Assembly: GCA_964246205.1 (NCBI GenBank)
Contig: CAXTQM010000002.1
Coordinates: forward strand, 1-33,943
Source of the DNA: an uncultured Beijerinckiaceae bacterium
GTDB taxonomy: Bacteria > Pseudomonadota > Alphaproteobacteria > Rhizobiales > Beijerinckiaceae
Direction: 5' to 3'
Length of the DNA stretch: 33,943 bases
The stretch's first letter is position 1, and each line of letters begins with the position of its first letter. Below, piece by piece: positions 1 to 9,085 of the stretch. The notes below the pieces were generated by a model, which had not been told where the DNA came from, ran no database searches, and worked only from the letters and a program-made list of their open reading frames with translations. Both the position numbers and the translations under genes were made by a program.

Positions 1-1359
1 GCCAACGGCGGCACGATTCCCTCCATGGGCGCCGCGACCGACACTTTCCCCTACGGCACGACGGCGTTCACCACGACGCACACGACGAGCTTCGGCACCG
101 AGCTGCAGGCCACCAACAAGGACAAGTTCTTCGGCCACGACAACTATTTCGTGTTCGGCGGCAGCGTCGACACCGGCAACACCAGCTACACGTCGCGCAC
201 CGTGCTCGGCCAGCTCAACGCGCAGTTCCAGAACCTGCTCTCCGGCTTTCCCGGTGCCGGGACGGACCTCAACACCGCCGACAACGTCGGCGTGAACTCG
301 ACCTTCATCCATTCCAGCGCGACCTACTACGGCCTGTTCGCGCTCGATACCTTCAACGTCACCAAGGCGCTCGCGGTGACGGCCGGCGCCCGCTACAACG
401 TCGCCAACATCACGGTCGCCGACGTCTCCGGGGCTGACCCCGAGCTGAACAGCGCCCACAATTACGACCGCATCAACCCGGTCTTCGGCGCGACCTATTC
501 GTTCTCGCGCGCGCTCAACGTCTACGCCGGCTATTCCGAGGCCAACCGCGCGCCGACCCCGCTCGAAAGCGAGTGCGCCGATCCGAATCGGCCCTGCATT
601 CTCGAGACCGCGCTGGTGTCGGACCCGCGGCTCAACCAGGTCGTGTCGCACACTATCGAGGCCGGTGCGCGCGGCATCTATCAGCTGCCGCCGGCGTATG
701 GCGGTGCGCTGACCTACAAGGCCGGCTACTACCGGATCAGCACGACCGACGACATCATCAGCGAGCCCAGCGCGATCACCGGCCAGGGCTACTTCGTCAA
801 CGCGCCGGAGACGCTGCGTCAGGGTGCGGAGGTCGGGCTGACCTACACCAAGGACGATTTCTCGATCTACGGCAATTATGCTCTGGTCGATGCTACGTAT
901 CAATTCAGCGCGGCGTTCTCATCGCCGAACAATCCGTTTTCCGACAACAACGGCAACATCCAGGTGACACCCGGCGACCACATCCCGGGTATCCCGCGCA
1001 ACCTCGGCAAGGCCGGCTTCGAATATCGCGTCACGCCCCGCCTCACAATCGGCGCCGACGCCACGATCGTCGGCAGCCAGTTTTTCGTGGCCGATGATTC
1101 CAACCAGAACCCCAAGCTGCCTGGCTATTATTTCATCAACACTCATGCGAGCTACGCTCTGACGGATCACGTCCAGATCATCGGCATCATCAACAACATC
1201 ACCAACAATCACTACGCCACCTACGGCACGTTCTACGATACGGGTACGTCAGCCGCCAACGTCAACGCGACGCTTGCCAACAACATGGGCGGCAACGCCA
1301 ACGCACTGACGGTGGCGCAGCCCCTCTCGGTCTACGGCGGCATCAAGGTGTCCTTTTGA
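1..1359 (+). CDS. TonB-dependent outer-membrane receptor, C-terminal beta-barrel part (5' truncated by the window)
   Basis: The frame is open from position 1. It has amphipathic beta-strand patterns, YAGYSEANRAPT, GIINNITNNHYATYG and a terminal aromatic strand YGGIKVSF ending in Phe. Confidence 0.9.
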   Translation, partial: ANGGTIPSMGAATDTFPYGTTAFTTTHTTSFGTELQATNKDKFFGHDNYFVFGGSVDTGNTSYTSRTVLGQLNAQFQNLLSGFPGAGTDLNTADNVGVNSTFIHSSATYYGLFALDTFNVTKALAVTAGARYNVANITVADVSGADPELNSAHNYDRINPVFGATYSFSRALNVYAGYSEANRAPTPLESECADPNRPCILETALVSDPRLNQVVSHTIEAGARGIYQLPPAYGGALTYKAGYYRISTTDDIISEPSAITGQGYFVNAPETLRQGAEVGLTYTKDDFSIYGNYALVDATYQFSAAFSSPNNPFSDNNGNIQVTPGDHIPGIPRNLGKAGFEYRVTPRLTIGADATIVGSQFFVADDSNQNPKLPGYYFINTHASYALTDHVQIIGIINNITNNHYATYGTFYDTGTSAANVNATLANNMGGNANALTVAQPLSVYGGIKVSF

Positions 1360-1639
1360 AGCTTCCGCTCGCAAGCGAAACGCGACCTTGGGAAGGCCGC
1401 CGCAGGAGCTTCTTACTACGGGTGAAACTGAGCCTACCGTCGGGAGTGCGCCCGGGCCAAGCGTCGATTTTGGCTTCGGCGGCGCTCGCCGGCTGACACC
1501 GCGTTCGAGGCGCGCGATCGTCGCGTCGGTGAACTGATCATGGCCTGCAGCTTTCGCCCCACTGAGGTCGCGAGTTCCTCGGCATCGACGCGCTCTTCCG
1601 CCGGCTGGCCGCCTTGCCCGGCGGCACCATATCGGAACG

Positions 1640-2491
1640 ATGGCACCCCCGATCATCTTCGATACGCGCCTGGCGCGCCGCCGGCTCGCCCGGGCCGGCA
1701 CCGCCCCGGCGGAGTTCCTGCTCGCGCGTGCCGCCGACGACATCGTCGAGCGGCTCGGTGCGGTGCGGCGCCGCTTCGCCCGCATCGCCGACATCGGCAC
1801 GCCGGGCCCGGTGCTCGCGAGGTCGCTCGCCTCCGCCTACCCTGACGCTCGGGTCGTCCGCGTCGCGCCGCTCGACGGCGACGTGCGGGGCGACCTTGAG
1901 GCGCTGCCGCTTGCCCACGCGAGCCTCGATCTCGCGACCTCCGCCCTGGCGTTGCAGAGCGTCAACGACCTGCCCGGCACGCTGGCCCAAATCCGCGCGG
2001 CGCTGGCGCCCGACGGGCTCTTCGTCGGCGCACTCGTCGGCGGACGCACCCTGCACGAGCTGCGCACCGTGCTGACCGAGGCCGAGACGACCGTCAGCGG
2101 CGGCACCAGCCCGCGGGTGTCGCCGTTCGCCGACGTGCGCGACATGGGCGGGCTGCTGCAGCGCGCTGGCTTCGCCCTGCCCGTCGCCGACAGCGAGACG
2201 CTCACCGTGCGCTACGCCAACCTGTTCGCGCTGATGGCCGACCTGCGTGCCATGGGCACCACCAACGTGCTCGCCGCGCGCTCGCGCCGGCCGACGCCGC
2301 GCGCGCTGTTCCTGGAGGCAGCCCGGCTCTACGCCGCCCGCTACGCCGATGCCGACGGCCGCATTCGCGCGACCTTCGAGATCGTGTCGCTGGCGGGCTG
2401 GGCACCGCATCCCTCGCAGGCCAAGCCCGCCCGGCGAGGCTCGGCCGACGTCAGTCTCGCCGACGTGCTCGGACGGCCGCTCCCATCCTGA
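1640..2491 (+). CDS. Class I SAM-dependent methyltransferase (BioC-like/NDUFAF5-like)
   Basis: N-terminal IFD..L..RR.AR, DIGTPG motif I, and SLDLATSALALQSVNDLPGTLAQIRAAL.PDGLF, PRVSPFADVRDMGGLLQRAGFALPVAD, ATFEIVSLAGWAP. Confidence 0.88.
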   Translation: MAPPIIFDTRLARRRLARAGTAPAEFLLARAADDIVERLGAVRRRFARIADIGTPGPVLARSLASAYPDARVVRVAPLDGDVRGDLEALPLAHASLDLATSALALQSVNDLPGTLAQIRAALAPDGLFVGALVGGRTLHELRTVLTEAETTVSGGTSPRVSPFADVRDMGGLLQRAGFALPVADSETLTVRYANLFALMADLRAMGTTNVLAARSRRPTPRALFLEAARLYAARYADADGRIRATFEIVSLAGWAPHPSQAKPARRGSADVSLADVLGRPLPS

Positions 2492-2776
2492 GCGGGCCCG
2501 CCCGCGACCTCGAAGGGGGTCGAGACCGTGGCGCCCAAGCCACGCGCGGCAAATAAAACCCTCTGAGCGAGCCGCCTCAGCCATTGCTCGGCCGCGCAAA
2601 GGCTTCGGCATGCACTCCCGATTGCCGTTTCTTCCCTGTACGGAGCCGGTATCCAGGCGCGAAAGAAACCGGCGACCTGCCCAAGACGGCATCAACCCTG
2701 ATCGCAACGGACGATTGCGTGCCCTGTCGAATGCGCAATAGGTTCTTATTTGTAAAGGCGTTGCGGGGGCTGCGTC

Positions 2777-3187
2777 ATGGCCGGCATTTTTGACTTGAAG
2801 AAGGGAGCGTTCGACAGCTCCGAGGCCGGGCGCCTCTATAAAGCCTACGACATCGCGCTGCATGGTCTGCGCGCGACGACGCACGACCTCGATCAGGCCG
2901 CGGTGCACCGGCTGGCGCGCTCGATCGTCAAGGTCGCGCGCACCGAGCCGGACTGCCTCAATAACGACGGCACGATCGACCCCGTGCGCCTTGCCCAGCG
3001 CGCCATTCTGCGCATGCTGCAGCTGAGTGCTCCGCCGCGGAGCGCCGCCGCTCCGGAGGAGACGCTGCCCGCAGAGCGACCGCGGCGCAAGCCTCGCCAG
3101 GGCGAGGACGAGAACGGCGCATCCGCCGACAGCACCTCTCGGATCATCAGGAACATCTTCGACCGCACCAACTTCGCCAAGCTCTGA
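2777..3187 (+). CDS. Small hypothetical protein (helical core, disordered C-terminal tail)
   Basis: 136-aa ORF with ATG start and GC3-biased codons filling the gap between two real genes. The pattern AFD..E...L.KAYD.A...L...LARSIV..A...DP.RL resembles uncharacterised small rhizobial proteins. Confidence 0.7.
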   Translation: MAGIFDLKKGAFDSSEAGRLYKAYDIALHGLRATTHDLDQAAVHRLARSIVKVARTEPDCLNNDGTIDPVRLAQRAILRMLQLSAPPRSAAAPEETLPAERPRRKPRQGEDENGASADSTSRIIRNIFDRTNFAKL

Positions 3188-3194
3188 GTCGCAG

Positions 3195-3665
3195 TTAGAG
3201 CCCGAGTTCGGTGAGACCAGGGAAGTCGTCGGGACGCCGGGCGCCTCCCCAGGTAAACTTGCGAGCGCCCGCATCGATCGGCACGTCGTTGATCGAGGCC
3301 TGGCGCTTGCGCATCAAGCCATTCGAGGCGAACTCCCACTGTTCGTTGCCGTAGGAGCGGTGCCATCGGCCCTCGGCATCGTGCCACTCGTAGGCGAAAC
3401 GCGCGGCGATGTGGTCGTCGGCGAAGGCCCAGACTTCCTTGATCAGCCTGTACTCCAGCTCCCTGGCCCATTTGCGGGTCAAAAAGGCGACGATGGCGGC
3501 GCGCCCGCTGAAGAACTCGTCGCGATTTCGCCACTCGGAATCCTCGGTGTAGGCCAGCGCCACCTTCTGCGGATCGCGGCCGTTCCAGGCGTCCTCGGCG
3601 CCGCGCGCCTTCTTGGCCGCGCTGTCCTTGTCGAAAGGGGGAAACGGCGGACGGCTCTCGCTCAT
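3195..3665 (-). CDS. DUF1348 / SnoaL-like nuclear transport factor 2 family protein
   Basis: [11 protein letters not shown]...AEDAWN.RDP.KVALAYT.DS.WRNR...[13 protein letters not shown]...[10 protein letters not shown]...GLM..R.ASIND matches the family. True start is ATG 3665 within the longer track ORF. Confidence 0.88.
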   Translation of the reverse strand: MSESRPPFPPFDKDSAAKKARGAEDAWNGRDPQKVALAYTEDSEWRNRDEFFSGRAAIVAFLTRKWARELEYRLIKEVWAFADDHIAARFAYEWHDAEGRWHRSYGNEQWEFASNGLMRKRQASINDVPIDAGARKFTWGGARRPDDFPGLTELGL

Positions 3666-3815
3666 GCGACTTCTCCTGCAAGCTGCGACCCCGAAGGTGG
3701 AGCGGGTCGCCGCGCCGACAAGCAAGTCCGACGCCGCGCCCATCCCGCTATGGCACAGCAGGGCCGGCGCTACGGGTAACCCTCTCTCAAGGCCGTCCGG
3801 CAATAAAGGGGAACC

Positions 3816-5045
3816 GTGTCGGGGGAGTTGAGACAGCATATGAGGCGTTCGGGCACCAAATGGGCGTTGAGCGTCGTCGCGCCCTGGTGCCTGGCGGTGG
3901 GGCTGCTGGTCTCCATCACCGCCGATGCCGGCCAGCCGATTGCGGTGGGAGGCTCGCTCGCCGCGCTGTCCGCCCACGCGGTGCAGGAACCCGACGATCT
4001 CGTGCCGTTGCAGAGCGCCGCACTGACCGGCGACTTCGGCCATTTCGGCCTCATGCGTCCGGCCGTGACGCCGGTCGGCTTTGAACTCGGCCGCGCCCAG
4101 GAATTCCGCAAGGTCACCGACGAGATCGAGCCGCGCCGGGACCGCAAGCGCGGCGTCATTGCCTCCGCGATGCCCGAAATCGACCGCAGCCACAAGGGCG
4201 AGCCGGCGATCGGCCTGCGCCCGACGTTCGACACGCGCCTGCGCCGCCCCGGCGGCATCCCCGCGCTGCAGCAGAGTCAGATGCTGGCGCCGCACGATGA
4301 CGCCATGCCTGCCGCAGGCTTTTCGCTCGGCGACGGCGGCGACCCGCTCGACGGCGCCACCAGCTTCGCTCCCTGGGCGGCCGGCGAGGACATGCAGGAC
4401 GCCAGCGACGCCGCGCGCGACGCTTCCGCCGCCGTGACGATGCGCCCGGCGGCGCTGAAGGAGCGGCTGGCGCAGGGCGCCACGCCTGCCTTGTCGAGCG
4501 CGGACGAGCTCTCCTCGACGACGCCGACGCCGGCCGACGGCGAGCCGGTCGCGATGAACCTCCGGCTGCCCAATGCCTCCGTCGTGCCGCAGGTCGCTGG
4601 GCGGCCGAATTACGCCGCCTTGCTTGTCGGCGACCACGGCACGCGCGAGCGCAGGTGCCTCGCCGAGGCGGTCTATTTCGAGGCCCGCTCGGAGCCCGAG
4701 GAAGGCCAGGCGGCGGTGGCCCAGGTGGTGTTGAACCGCGCGACCTCGGGCCTCTACCCCGCCTCGATCTGCGGCGTGGTCTACCAGAACCGCACGCACT
4801 ACAAGGCGTGCCAATTCTCCTTCGCCTGCGAGGGCAAGTCGCTGCGCATCACCGAGGCCGACTCCTGGCACACCGCGACGCGGATCGCCGACGCCGTCAT
4901 CGGCGGCCAGACCTACCTATCTGAGGTCGGCGGCGCCACGCACTACCACGCCAACTACGTGCGCCCGGGCTGGGCCCGGCGCCTCGTCAAGATGGACGTG
5001 ATCGGCCACCACGTCTTCTACAAGTTGCGTGGCAGCCAGACCTGA
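3816..5045 (+). CDS. Cell wall hydrolase (SleB/CwlJ-like Hydrolase_2 domain at the C-terminus)
   Basis: N-terminal hydrophobic segment and [13 protein letters not shown]...AVAQVVLNR....[11 protein letters not shown]...CQFSF.C...[11 protein letters not shown]...IG.H.FY. Start is GTG 3816 or ATG 3840. Confidence 0.9.
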   Translation: MSGELRQHMRRSGTKWALSVVAPWCLAVGLLVSITADAGQPIAVGGSLAALSAHAVQEPDDLVPLQSAALTGDFGHFGLMRPAVTPVGFELGRAQEFRKVTDEIEPRRDRKRGVIASAMPEIDRSHKGEPAIGLRPTFDTRLRRPGGIPALQQSQMLAPHDDAMPAAGFSLGDGGDPLDGATSFAPWAAGEDMQDASDAARDASAAVTMRPAALKERLAQGATPALSSADELSSTTPTPADGEPVAMNLRLPNASVVPQVAGRPNYAALLVGDHGTRERRCLAEAVYFEARSEPEEGQAAVAQVVLNRATSGLYPASICGVVYQNRTHYKACQFSFACEGKSLRITEADSWHTATRIADAVIGGQTYLSEVGGATHYHANYVRPGWARRLVKMDVIGHHVFYKLRGSQT

Positions 5046-5233
5046 CGACGGCGTGATACGCACCCTTACAGGCGACAGAGACCATTCTGCCGAACGGTTC
5101 CCTCCTCTTGTACCTTTGGGCAATGCCGTTCGCTCGCCAGGCCATTTAGAAAGCTCTTAAGGGCGGGTCGCGACACGAATCCGCCCGTGCGCCGCATGTG
5201 CATGCGCGCCATCGACGAGGGAGGGCACACACC

Positions 5234-7054
5234 ATGTCATTCAGAGAAGGTCTTCTGGCCGCCGCGGGCGCGATTGCGCTGACGGTTGCCTTTGCCGCGC
5301 CGGGCCTGGCGCAGGATGCCGCCAAGCCGACGGCCGACGAGGGCGACAAGGCCGCCCCGGCTGCCGCCGACAAGGGTGGCGTCACCGACGCCATGATCAT
5401 CGCCGGCACCAAGAACCCCGGCGAAGTGCTGAGCTACGGCATGGGCCCGGAGGCGCACCGCTTCTCGCCGATCAAGACGATCAACAAGCAGAACATCAAG
5501 GGCCTGATCCCGGCTTGGTCGTTCTCGTTCGGCGGCGAGAAGCAGCGCGGCCAAGAGAGCCAGGCGCTCATCTATGACGGCGTGATCTACGTCACCGGCT
5601 CCTACAGCCGCGCCTACGCCGTGAATGCACACACCGGCGAGAAGATGTGGGAGTACGACGCCCGCCTGCCCGAGGGCATCCTGCCGTGCTGCGACGTCGT
5701 CAACCGCGGCGGCGCGCTCTACGGCAATAAATTCATCTTCGGCACGCTGGACGCCAAGCTCGTCGCGCTCGACATCAAGACCGGCAAGGTCATCTGGAAG
5801 AAGACCATCGACGATTTCAAGGCCGGCTATTCCTACACCGCCGCCCCGCTGATCGTGAAGAACATGGTCATCACCGGCGTCTCCGGCGGCGAGTTCGGCG
5901 TGATCGGCAAGGTCCAGGCCCGCAACGCCGACACCGGCGAGCTGATGTGGAGCCGCCCGGTCATCGAGGGCAACATGGGCCAGCTCAACGGCAAGGACTC
6001 GACGGTCACCGGCAAGACCAACGCGACCTGGCCGGGCGATACCTACAAGTTCGGCGGCGGCGCCACCTGGCTCGGCGGCACCTACGATCCCAAGCTGAAC
6101 CTGATCTATTTCGGCGCCGGCAACCCCGGCCCGTGGAACAGCTGGCTGCGCCCGGGCGACAACAAGTGGTCGGCCTCGCGCATCGCGCTCAACCCCGACA
6201 ACGGCGAGATCGTCTGGGGCTTCCAGACCACCCCCCACGACGGCTGGGATTTCGACGGCGTCAACGAGTTCGTGCCCTTCGACATGCAGAAGGATGGCAA
6301 GACGATCAAGGCCGGCGGCACCGCCGACCGCAACGGCTTCTTCTACGTCCTCAACCGCGAGAACGGTAAGTTCATTTCGGGCACGCCGTTCGTTTCGAAG
6401 ATCAACTGGGCCAAGGGTATCGATAAGGACGGCCGTCCCGAGTACATCGACGAGAACCGCCCGGGCGACCCGACCACGGAGAAGAAGGGCAAGACCGTGT
6501 TCGCCGTGCCGGCCTTCCTCGGCGCCAAGAACTGGATGCCGGTTTCCTATGACGACCAGACCAAGCTGTTCTACATTCCCTCCAACGAGTGGGGCATGGA
6601 CATCTGGAACGAGCCGATCGCCTACAAGAAGGGCGCGGCGTTCCTCGGCGCCGGCTTCACCATCAAGCCGGTCTTCGACGACCACATCGGTTCGCTGAAG
6701 GCGCTGGATCCGGCCACCGGCAAGATCGTCTGGGAGTACAAGAACAAAGCGCCGCTCTGGGGCGGCGTGCTGAGCACCTCGGGCGGCCTCGTCTTCACCG
6801 GCACGCCCGAAGGTTTCCTCAAGGCCTTTGACGCCAAGACCGGTGAGGAAGTCTGGAAGTTCCAGGTGGGGACCGGCATCGTCTCATCGCCGGTGACCTG
6901 GACGCAGGACGGCGAGCAGTGGATCGGCGTTGCGGCCGGCTGGGGTGGCGCCGTGCCGCTTTGGGGTGGCGAGGTCGCCAAGTCGACCGCCGGCATCAAC
7001 CAGGGTGGTTCGTTCTGGGCCTTCCACCTGCCCAAGAGCGTCGCGTCCAAGTAG
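5234..7054 (+). CDS. exaF: PQQ-dependent alcohol (ethanol) dehydrogenase, lanthanide-dependent ExaF/PedH type
   Basis: Signal peptide, [10 protein letters not shown], vicinal cysteines [15 protein letters not shown] Glu, GNP Asn, [13 protein letters not shown] with the extra Asp (D-F-D), Trp-docking repeats and [22 protein letters not shown] before ATG 5234. Confidence 0.9.
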   Translation: MSFREGLLAAAGAIALTVAFAAPGLAQDAAKPTADEGDKAAPAAADKGGVTDAMIIAGTKNPGEVLSYGMGPEAHRFSPIKTINKQNIKGLIPAWSFSFGGEKQRGQESQALIYDGVIYVTGSYSRAYAVNAHTGEKMWEYDARLPEGILPCCDVVNRGGALYGNKFIFGTLDAKLVALDIKTGKVIWKKTIDDFKAGYSYTAAPLIVKNMVITGVSGGEFGVIGKVQARNADTGELMWSRPVIEGNMGQLNGKDSTVTGKTNATWPGDTYKFGGGATWLGGTYDPKLNLIYFGAGNPGPWNSWLRPGDNKWSASRIALNPDNGEIVWGFQTTPHDGWDFDGVNEFVPFDMQKDGKTIKAGGTADRNGFFYVLNRENGKFISGTPFVSKINWAKGIDKDGRPEYIDENRPGDPTTEKKGKTVFAVPAFLGAKNWMPVSYDDQTKLFYIPSNEWGMDIWNEPIAYKKGAAFLGAGFTIKPVFDDHIGSLKALDPATGKIVWEYKNKAPLWGGVLSTSGGLVFTGTPEGFLKAFDAKTGEEVWKFQVGTGIVSSPVTWTQDGEQWIGVAAGWGGAVPLWGGEVAKSTAGINQGGSFWAFHLPKSVASK

Positions 7055-7095
7055 GTTTCAGAGCGGGGCTTAGTGCCTCACCGTCCGCAAGTCGG

Positions 7096-7130
7096 ACCCC
7101 ACGGCGCTTCCGCGACGTGGGGTTTGCTTT
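7096..7130 (+). terminator. Probable intrinsic terminator after the PQQ-ADH gene
   Basis: ACCCCACG-GCGC-TTCC-GCGA-CGTGGGGT stem-loop followed by TTGCTTT. Confidence 0.7.
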
Positions 7131-7160
7131 ATGTTACGCGGCTCGACTATCGAGCCACCG

Positions 7161-7805
7161 ATGCATTTCCTGATCGTCGACGATCACCCGCTCTACCGCG
7201 AGGCCCTGCGCGGCACCGTCCTCATCGCCTATCCCGACACCCGGGTGGAGGAAGCGGGATCGATCGCCGCCGCCTGCGAGGTCCTGCAGGAGGCCCGCGA
7301 CGTCGACCTCGTGATGCTCGATCTCTCGATGTGCGACGTCAGCGGCTTCGACGGGCTCATGACCCTGCGCAAGCGCTTTCCGGCACTGCCGATCCTGGTG
7401 GTGTCCGGGCTCGACGAGCCGCGCATCGTCGCCGAGGTGATGCGCTACGGTGCCGCCGGCTTCGCCCCTAAATCCTCCGACAAGGCGGCGCTGTCCGGCG
7501 CCATCGCCGCCGTGCTGCGCGGCGAGCTCGCCTTTCCGCGCTCCGCACGTCACGCCGCCACCAACGGCAAGGCTCCCGGTCAGCCGGACCTCGCCGCGCG
7601 CATCCGCCAGCTGACGCCGCAGCAATTGCGCGTGCTGGTGATGATCCGCCAGGGCAAGCTCAACAAGCAGATCGCGCACGAGCTCAGCGTCGGCGACTCG
7701 ACCGTGAAGGCTCACGTCTCCGAGATCCTCCGCAAGCTCGGCGTCATGAGCCGCACCCAGATCGTGATCGAGACCGCCGCCCTCAATTTCGATCGGCCGG
7801 CATAA
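7161..7805 (+). CDS. NarL/LuxR-family response regulator (ErbR/AgmR/ExaE-like)
   Basis: REC domain (LIVDDHPL...MLDLSM...PK) and LuxR HTH (LTPQQLRVL...GKLNKQIAHEL...STVKAHVSEILRKL). Confidence 0.92.
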   Translation: MHFLIVDDHPLYREALRGTVLIAYPDTRVEEAGSIAAACEVLQEARDVDLVMLDLSMCDVSGFDGLMTLRKRFPALPILVVSGLDEPRIVAEVMRYGAAGFAPKSSDKAALSGAIAAVLRGELAFPRSARHAATNGKAPGQPDLAARIRQLTPQQLRVLVMIRQGKLNKQIAHELSVGDSTVKAHVSEILRKLGVMSRTQIVIETAALNFDRPA

Positions 7806-8327
7806 GTGTTCGGCGCCGATCCGCTCATCGTCACCGCGCATCTCGACGACCGCGCCTTCACCGTGCTCGACGCCCTGCGTCGGAAGAATTTCCCGAGCAA
7901 GCTGAACAGGATCCCGGCGCACGTCAGCTTGTTCCACAAGCTGCCTGGCGAGGAGATCGATGCCGTGCGCTCCATTTTGGCCACGACGTGCGGCGCGACT
8001 CGGCCCTTCGCCATGGCACCCTCGGAGCTGCGCTCGCTCGGCCGTGGCGTCGCCATCGCCTATCGCTCGCCGGAGCTGGAGGCGCTCCGCCGGCAACTCG
8101 CGGAACGCTGGGCGGGCTGGCTGAGCGCGCAGGACCGCCAGGGTTTCCGCGCCCACGTCACCGTGCAGAACAAGGTTGAGCCGGCTGTCGCACGCGCCCT
8201 GCTCGAGGTCATGCGCGAGGGCGCCGAGCCGCCGACCTGCCAGGTAGAGGGTCTCGACCTATGGCATTACCGCGGCGGTCCCTGGGAGCACGTCGAGACC
8301 TGCCGCTTCAGCACGGCAGCCGCTTAG
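7806..8327 (+). CDS. 2'-5' RNA ligase-like 2H phosphoesterase
   Basis: Two HxS/T motifs (AHVSLFH, AHVTVQNK) and C-terminal LWHYRGGPW. GTG start directly after the upstream TAA. Confidence 0.85.
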   Translation: MFGADPLIVTAHLDDRAFTVLDALRRKNFPSKLNRIPAHVSLFHKLPGEEIDAVRSILATTCGATRPFAMAPSELRSLGRGVAIAYRSPELEALRRQLAERWAGWLSAQDRQGFRAHVTVQNKVEPAVARALLEVMREGAEPPTCQVEGLDLWHYRGGPWEHVETCRFSTAAA

Positions 8328-8517
8328 CCGCCCCGACCAGCACGCGTCCTTGGCAGGGAGATAAAGCGGTATGCCGTCGAAAGACGGGGCTGCGACGGAG
8401 GACACCACCCTTGGCAAGACGCGGTATGCGGTTGACACCACAGCCCGCATCACAGAGACGCTACGCCGTAACGTCGGATGCCCAATGCCGGCGGACAAAC
8501 TCTGGAGGAACATTTTC

Positions 8518-8916
8518 ATGGCCGTAATTTCCGGCGACGGCGTCTTCTCTCACGTGTTCCTCCCGGCAAAGGATATCGCCACCTCGTCCAAGTTCTACGA
8601 TGCGGCGCTGACGCCGTTGGGCGTGAAGAACATGGGTCCCTTCGGCGACAGTGGCTGGATCCTTTACGGCAAGGACAAGCCTGCCTTCCTCATCGCCACG
8701 CCCGGCAACGGACAGCCGGCGACGAGCAACGGCGTGACGATCGGCTTCGCGGCCGCGACCACTGCCGACGTCGATGCCTTTCATAAGGCCGGGCTCGCCA
8801 ACGGCGGCTCCGACGAGGGCGCGCCCGGCGCGCGCAGCCATCTGCCCGGCGCCTATGCCGCCTACCTCCGCGACCCGGCCGGCAACAAGATTTGTACCTA
8901 CACCTTCACCGAGTAG
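8518..8916 (+). CDS. VOC/glyoxalase-bleomycin resistance family protein
   Basis: FSHV....DI..S.KFYDA.L.PLG, NG.TIGFAA....VDAFH..GL..GG.DEGAPG.R, Y.AYLRDP.GNKIC. GGAGG RBS. Confidence 0.9.
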   Translation: MAVISGDGVFSHVFLPAKDIATSSKFYDAALTPLGVKNMGPFGDSGWILYGKDKPAFLIATPGNGQPATSNGVTIGFAAATTADVDAFHKAGLANGGSDEGAPGARSHLPGAYAAYLRDPAGNKICTYTFTE

Positions 8917-9085
8917 CCTGGTCGCACAGCGGCCTTTCTTGAGTGAGCCTTGACTCCCTCCCCGTTGATAAGTCGAGGAGGGGTTCATCTCGGGCACCGT
9001 GGCGGCGGAGCCCTGCAGAATTGATCGCAAGCATGCCGGCATCCCGCGCAGCGACCGTATTCGCTTGGCTGGGGAGAAGCCCGTG

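Noticed and set aside
1360-1639. Intergenic region examined for a riboswitch, tRNA or small gene
   Set aside because: No recognisable RNA motif, and the short ORFs lack coding-like codon bias.
1538-3274. 578-aa minus-strand ORF and many similar long Arg/Ala/Pro-rich ORFs (e.g. 5237-6685, 26810-28126, 29583-31379, 31381-32703)
   Set aside because: Shadow or alternate frames of well-supported genes. Stops are rare in high-GC DNA and these have no recognisable motifs.
3666-4871. Long N-terminal extension of the DUF1348 ORF
   Set aside because: Antisense to the cell-wall hydrolase. The family match starts at ATG 3665.
5091-5132. CGAACGG...CCGTTCG inverted repeat upstream of the PQQ-ADH as a regulator site
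   Set aside because: 7-bp arms separated by 28 nt cannot be distinguished from chance or from a terminator-like stem for the upstream gene.
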